Assembly (NCBI GenBank): GCA_047947115.1
Contig: CP170459.1
Coordinates: 4,480,001-4,544,000, forward strand
Source: Verrucomicrobiota bacterium
GTDB lineage: Bacteria; Verrucomicrobiota; Verrucomicrobiia; Limisphaerales; AAA164-E04
DNA length: 64,000 nt
Reading direction: 5' to 3'
In this document: in pieces, positions 58,804 to 64,000 of the stretch
How the letters are laid out: every line of letters starts with the position of its first letter
How positions within the stretch are numbered: position 1 is the first letter of the stretch
Made by a program: the position numbers and the translations under genes
Notes under the pieces: model-generated
What the model was told of the DNA's origin: nothing
The model's input: only the letters and a program-made list of their open reading frames with translations
Database searches by the model: none

Positions 58804-58852
58804 TGGAGCCAGCTGTCGGGGTCGAACCGACGACCGACGGTTTTCAAAACCG
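58804..58852 (-). pseudogene. Right att junction: 3' half of a tRNA-Thr (variable loop, T-arm, acceptor strand, CCA) ending in core CGGTTTTCAAAACCG
   Basis: Reverse complement ...AAACCGTCGGTCGTCGGTTCGACCCCGACAGCTGGCTCCA, with T-arm GTCGG-TTCGACC-CCGAC. No 5' acceptor strand is present. Confidence 0.9.
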
Positions 58853-60440
58853 ATGCCGCGAATTGCTCGATCTTTTGTTTTCTGACATCAAGCGTCATGG
58901 AGGCCAGGCCGCACAATTGGTTCAAGAACTTTCACAGATTGTGAACCCGGACCAATGGCCACTGACCATGGTTGATGTGGATGAAACCATGTGGAGTTCC
59001 CATCCGAAAACAAGTGGTTCCCACCGTGGCCCCTGGTATCGACTGTCCGTCAATGAAACCAGACTTGCCAGCAGCTACCGCAGAAATATTCCGACCCCCG
59101 ATCATGAAGGATTTCAGCAACGTATCATCGAGTATATGTTCAACACGCGGCCAGACGGAAGTTTTCGAGTCAACGATGCGATCGAGGATGGTTATGGTTA
59201 CGGATATCTATCTCAAGAAGCTTCGGCATCGGGCATTCCGAACCGTCCCGACATATCCTATGCAGGAGAACCCGGCTTTCCGGTTGACGGTTTGGCTTTT
59301 AACAGCAGCACCTTCGTCAACCCGAGAGATCCTAGCGGATTTGCCCGGATGGAATGGAGAATAGGAGAAGTGTCCAATCCGGAAACCGAAAACTACGTCC
59401 CCGGCACACCCTGGATTTATGAGATCGAACCTCTCTGGCACAGCGATCCCATGACAACTTTTTCAGAGACTATGGCCATCCCGCCGGACCAGCTCAAACC
59501 GGGACACACTTACCGCGCGAGAGTGCGACACGTCAACACAGAGGGGCATGCCAGTCATTGGTCACTACCATTGGAATTTGTCGCCTCGGCACCGGATTTG
59601 ACCTTGTTTCGGAACGGATTGGTCATCAGTGAAATCATGTATCACCCAGCTGGGGATTCCACGGCCGAATACATTGAACTTCACAATATCGGCGAAGCCA
59701 CTCTCTCCCTGAGTGGCTTCCGTTTCACGAAGGGAATCGATTTCGATTTCCCCGATGACACTGAAATAGAGCCAGGAGGATACCTGTTGATCACAGGCGA
59801 CCGGCAAGCCTTTGAAAGAGTGTATGGGCCAAACCTACCCATAGTCGGGGAATGGGAACAAGGGGACCGGTTGAGCAACGCCGGAGAAAACATCAAGCTC
59901 TCCTACGGGGCAGGCATCCCCATCATCGACTTCACGTATGAAACAGAAGCCCCCTGGCCAACCGCTCCCGACGGAAAGGGTTCATCTCTGCAACTTGCCA
60001 ACCTCCGTTCTGGCTTGGATCACACCAATCCCGCGCAATGGAAAGCAAGCATTCAACCAGGAGGCACGCCGGGCAAAAGCAATGGTAACTCTCTTGAAGA
60101 TTGGCTGACGTCTTATGGGATTATCGAATCCAATCTCGAAGAAGATCCGGACAATGACGGTCTGCCTTCGTTACTGGAATATAGTCTGGGAAGCAACCCA
60201 AACGTTGCCGATGTTTCATCCATCATGACCATCACATACACCGAGGCAAATGTCACGCTAGCCACCCGAGTTGATCTCGGAGCCACCGATGTGGAGGTGT
60301 CTGCACAATTTTCCACCAACCTGAAAGCCTGGGAAACAATCAATAGCCCGGCCATCAATCCCACCAGTCCGACCGAACTGAAATGGACCGCCCCAACCCA
60401 CCCGAAGGGATTCTTCCGCCTTCAAGCCACTCGACGTTAA
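58838..60440 (+). pseudogene. C-terminal part of the interrupted CotH/lamin-tail protein
   Basis: GFQNRCRELLDLLF continues the N-terminal half in frame. Then FN3-like YRARVRH...SHWS, second LTD (LVISEIMYHP), DPDNDGL..LLEY.LGSNP and terminal FFRL. Confidence 0.88.
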
Positions 60441-60731
60441 CGGTCCGAATGATCAGGAAATCATCACATTTCTTTTCACTTCCGCCAACACCCGGTTGTT
60501 CTTTGGCCAGATCAAACGGATGGCAACAATCATTGCGCTTACACGATGGAAACACCTGGCACTTCCCCCTTGCATTTTTAAGTCTGGAAATCTTTTCTGG
60601 GAAGTTCAGAAAGGTCTTGAGCCCCAAGGTCTGACCTAAATATTGATTGAATCCTGTCTTCCATGCTCAAACCTAAGCGGGGTGTAACCGAGTTGATGAC
60701 TCGGTCGTCTACTTCAGGAAAATCAGACACC

Positions 60732-62090
60732 ATGAAAACATTTCAACACTTTACCAAAACGTCGCTGAGCGCCTGCTTGTTGACCTTTTTATTTGTATCC
60801 CTGCATGCGCAACGAGCATCTCAGGAAGATACTACCCGAGAAGGGATGGTGGGAAATTTCAATCGATCAGCTCCTGCCATCGGTGAGAAAATCCCTTTCC
60901 TCGAAGGCGTTGACGCGAATGGAAACCCTTGGAACACTGATCAATTAAAAGGCCGGCATACTGTGCTGGTGTTCGGTTGTCTCACGTGACCACCTTTTCT
61001 ACGTAACGTCCCCAGTTTGGAGACTGTCCATCACGACTATACCCCAAAAGGTGTTCAATTTTTCTACATTTACAAAGCATTGGCGCATCCGGAACACAAC
61101 GGATACGTCACGCCATTGAACTTGGAAGAACGATTGATGCACGTCCGTGAGGCTGAGCGGACGCTGGGTTCCAAAATCCCGTGGATCTGCGATTCCATGG
61201 AGAACACACTCAAGCATAACCTGGGGAACGCCCCCAATTCGGAATTTCTGATGGATCCGGATGGCGTGATCCTCAAACGCAGGGCCTGGAGTGATCCGGA
61301 TACGTTGCGAAACGATCTGGCGGAAATCTTCGGCCCCGCAAATCCACCCACCCTGGTTTCCGACTTGAACATGCCGACCGAACCTCCTCCCAGAACTGTC
61401 GCTAAGGGCATTGTACCACGAATTGAACGTCCATTCGATCCGATGCAACCAGTGAAAGTGACCGCCAAAGCCAACGCCGGAAACCAACAGTTTTACGTCA
61501 AACTGAGAGCCGAAGCGACCCAGGACCTGTTGCGACGGGGAACCGGACAGCTCTATATCGGATTTTTCATGGACCCGCTCCATCATGTCCATTGGAATAA
61601 CCTGACCGAACCTTTGCGATATCAATTGACTCTGCCTCAAGGAGTCCAGGCGACCCCTTCAGCGGGTTCCGCACCATCAGTTGAATATCCAGCCGACGCT
61701 GACCCTCGGGAATTCCTGATCGAAATCATCAGCCCATCGGACCGGCGGCAAACAACCTTCGATATCACCATTGACTACTTTGCCTGCGATGATCAGGACA
61801 CTTTTTGTGTCCCTGTTCGACAGACCTTTGAAGTCACCCTCGAAGCCGACAGAGACGCAGGACGCATCATGCAACGATCCGGTGCCTCACAAGGGACACG
61901 ATTCAGCCGAGACAGGAATCAAGGTTTCTATCCACCCTGGTTCGGTCAACTGGACATCAACCAGGATCGATCCATTGATTTCGAAGAACTGGAACAAGTT
62001 CCCTCGATTCTTGGGGCTTTGGACACCAATCAAGATGGCGTGGTCAGCCGTCAGGAATTCCGCAGGTGGATGATGACACAACCAGACTGA
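60732..62090 (+). CDS. Secreted deiodinase-like/thioredoxin-fold probable selenoprotein with DsbD-N-like and EF-hand domains (in-frame UGA at 60987-60989)
   Basis: Two track ORFs share a frame and are separated only by TGA, giving VLVFGCLT-U-PPFLRN, then YIYKALAHP, YFACDDQDTFC and two DxNxDx EF-hand loops. Confidence 0.82.
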
Positions 62091-62134
62091 ATTGTCGGCT
62101 TTCAATGCTTTTAAGAGTGGAGCATGTTGAGTGC

Positions 62135-62992
62135 ATGAATCAGATGAGAGCCATGATTGAGACCATCCGGTTGAATCGCCAGTGCTGGGGTCTGACCATG
62201 GTTTCGATGGCATCCATCATCTTGAGCGGAGCGATGGTTGGAGAATCCGGCAAGCAGGTTGAACCAAAAGCAATGTATGTCCAGGCTTCGGACAGCAATG
62301 CCATCCTACTGAGCTTCCGAAAACCGGAAAAAACCATTCAGAAACCCGCACCCGTTACCTTCACTCCCCTCTTTTATGCCATTCAATCATCCAAATGGCC
62401 CAATGGGTTTATCCCCATCTATCAAACACAGGATAAGAAGACCAAGGAATGGAAACTCAGTGGCCGACTGAGTCACGGAAAAGAAAACTTCACCGATCCA
62501 CTCTTCTTTGCGCTTCCCCCCAATTTAAAGGAAGGCATGGTATCCGGCAGATGGTCATGCGAAGCCAAACACCGGGATGGAAGCGTTGATTTCCTGCATT
62601 GGGAGATGGGACAGGACGGCGAAACGATCTTCGGACGCTTTGACCAGGATACCGATTATCGATTTGCTTGGTTCATCGGAGGCACAATCCTCGATAACAA
62701 ACTACGCTTTAAAGCCGAATACATTGATGCCACATACGAGCTGGAAGGTTCCCTGTCAACGCACATGATCAGAATGGAGGGAACCTGGAAACATACCGAA
62801 GACTCGGACGGAGGGACTTGGACCGCGGAGCCGGCCTTTGCAATCGAATTGGCGCATTCGCACTGGAAGCGCGTCAATTTATATCAAGAAATCTCCCCCA
62901 CAACGGGAAAACAAATCCTCAGCATTGATTCACCGTTTTCAGATATGTCCCGGATACTTTGCCAGGTCTGGCTCCCCAAAAAGGAGCTTTGA
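62135..62992 (+). CDS. Hypothetical exported protein
   Basis: Long ORF with a hydrophobic N-terminal segment and beta-rich C-terminus. Start uncertain. Confidence 0.6.
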   Translation: MNQMRAMIETIRLNRQCWGLTMVSMASIILSGAMVGESGKQVEPKAMYVQASDSNAILLSFRKPEKTIQKPAPVTFTPLFYAIQSSKWPNGFIPIYQTQDKKTKEWKLSGRLSHGKENFTDPLFFALPPNLKEGMVSGRWSCEAKHRDGSVDFLHWEMGQDGETIFGRFDQDTDYRFAWFIGGTILDNKLRFKAEYIDATYELEGSLSTHMIRMEGTWKHTEDSDGGTWTAEPAFAIELAHSHWKRVNLYQEISPTTGKQILSIDSPFSDMSRILCQVWLPKKEL

Positions 62993-63014
62993 CCTGACCA
63001 GAGCATCGACTTGC

Positions 63015-64000
63015 TTAAGCAGTCTTATCTTCCTTTTCCTTGAAGAAAAAGCCAACGATCACCAGCACGATGAAAGCGATCAGGGCCATCTTGCCGAAAG
63101 CATAACTGTTGTCACCAATCTTAAGACTGGTTGTCCAGGCTTTCCAGGCCGCAGCAGGAGCCATGATCAGAAAGGCAAGTCCCATGAGACCGTTCCAGAT
63201 CAGACGATTGATGCCGGTGGGCACGTGATTTCCAAGCACTTTGCGGGAATTCATCATGAGAAGAAATGTCAGATAAGCGATCGGAATCAGAACAAATCCA
63301 AAAACAGAAGTTGGCACCGCCAGATAAGCGCTGGATTCGCTGGTCCATAACAATGGCCATAAAATACCAGTGATTGGAATCAAGGTACCGAGGCGATGAG
63401 TGATGCCTCCGTGCTCCTTGCCCAGAGCTTCACATACGCAAAACCCGGAAATCAACATGAGGATGGAGATGGTCGAGATGGCCATCGCCAGCACACCAAA
63501 TCCAAAGACGTAGTTGGCAACCACATCACTCCCGTTAAACAGCGATTTCAAGGAGCCGGCCAAATCGCCAGTTCCACGTTTGATCAGCATGGCCGCAATT
63601 TGCTTTTCCGCATCGGCCACAGCCACATCCTGGAGGCCTTCGCTTTGCGCTCGCTTATCGATCATTTTGCTGTAATCACCGTATTTGCCACTTTGTTCGT
63701 TGACTACGACAGTGGCTCCGGTCTCATCCAGGAGTCCGGTGAAAGGTTTACCGTGAAACTGAGATGCGGCGGCGATCACAATACAGGAAGTCGCCAACAC
63801 AAACGGAATGACCATGCCCGTTGCCAGATCAAAAATGGCGAGCCCACGAAACTTCCGGTTCCATTTCTTGGCCAACAGGGAAAAGGGCAACAGAAAGGTC
63901 ATGTTGATCCCTACCGCAGTTGCGGCCGCGGCAATCATGATGTCACGTTGCAAGGTCAGGATTTCGGCCTGCCAAAAGCTCCTGGCGGCATCCGAGGGTA
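63015..64000 (-). CDS. NRAMP/APC-superfamily-like membrane transporter (C-terminal part, runs off window)
   Basis: Multiple TM segments, AVGINMTFLLP.S and MAISTI..LMLISGF motifs. Confidence 0.6.
   Translation of the reverse strand, partial: PSDAARSFWQAEILTLQRDIMIAAAATAVGINMTFLLPFSLLAKKWNRKFRGLAIFDLATGMVIPFVLATSCIVIAAASQFHGKPFTGLLDETGATVVVNEQSGKYGDYSKMIDKRAQSEGLQDVAVADAEKQIAAMLIKRGTGDLAGSLKSLFNGSDVVANYVFGFGVLAMAISTISILMLISGFCVCEALGKEHGGITHRLGTLIPITGILWPLLWTSESSAYLAVPTSVFGFVLIPIAYLTFLLMMNSRKVLGNHVPTGINRLIWNGLMGLAFLIMAPAAAWKAWTTSLKIGDNSYAFGKMALIAFIVLVIVGFFFKEKEDKTA

Larger units (their letters stand above)
36432..58852 (-). mobile_element. ~22.4 kb tyrosine-integrase element with phage-satellite (PICI-like) architecture carrying type I-E CRISPR-Cas
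   Basis: Flanked by 15-bp imperfect direct repeats CGGTTT(A/T)CAAAACCG. Integrase next to the right end, then HTH, SSB-like, primase, helicase and iterons; TerS-like gene at the left end. All credible genes are on the minus strand. Interrupts a host gene. Confidence 0.92.

Noticed and set aside
36432..58852. Interpretation as a CRISPR-associated transposon or full prophage
   Set aside because: No tnsABC/tniQ, Cas3 and adaptation genes are intact, and no virion or lysis genes are present.
58804..58880. Possible intact tRNA gene
   Set aside because: Only the 3' half is here; the D-loop piece is at the other element end and no 5' acceptor strand exists in the window.
60999..61640. 213-aa minus-strand ORF
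   Set aside because: Antisense to the better-supported selenoprotein frame, with no recognisable motifs.

Overview
Bacterial chromosome window; gene style suggests Verrucomicrobiota (inference). The host backbone carries a phosphonate-catabolism cluster (phnW, a phosphodiesterase, pbfA-like), crtI plus an AarF/UbiB kinase, a HAD/DHS-like/PfkB cluster, a half-length carB, clpB, two tandem CPA2 antiporters, rex, rpoZ, smpB, a large secreted LamG protein and an RND pump. The main feature is a ~22.4 kb integrative element (36432-58852) with a phage-satellite-like layout: integrase, Xis/AlpA-like HTH, SSB-like protein, primase, helicase, iteron origin and a terminal TerS-like HTH gene. Its attachment site is the 3' portion of a tRNA-Thr(UGU). 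It did not integrate in a tRNA but inside a CotH/lamin-tail gene, at a 15-bp mimic of the anticodon arm; precise excision would rebuild that gene in frame. The cargo is a complete type I-E CRISPR-Cas system (40 repeats, 39 spacers), a HEAT-repeat/MoxR/DUF2201-vWA module and an unannotated SAM-I/IV-type riboswitch. The riboswitch has a promoter, terminator and antiterminator, and sits upstream of small non-metabolic genes. Outside the element are a probable UGA-recoded deiodinase-like selenoprotein, a deleted two-component system scar and a DUF2202 gene with a premature stop. All family assignments are from motif recognition by eye; no searches were run.
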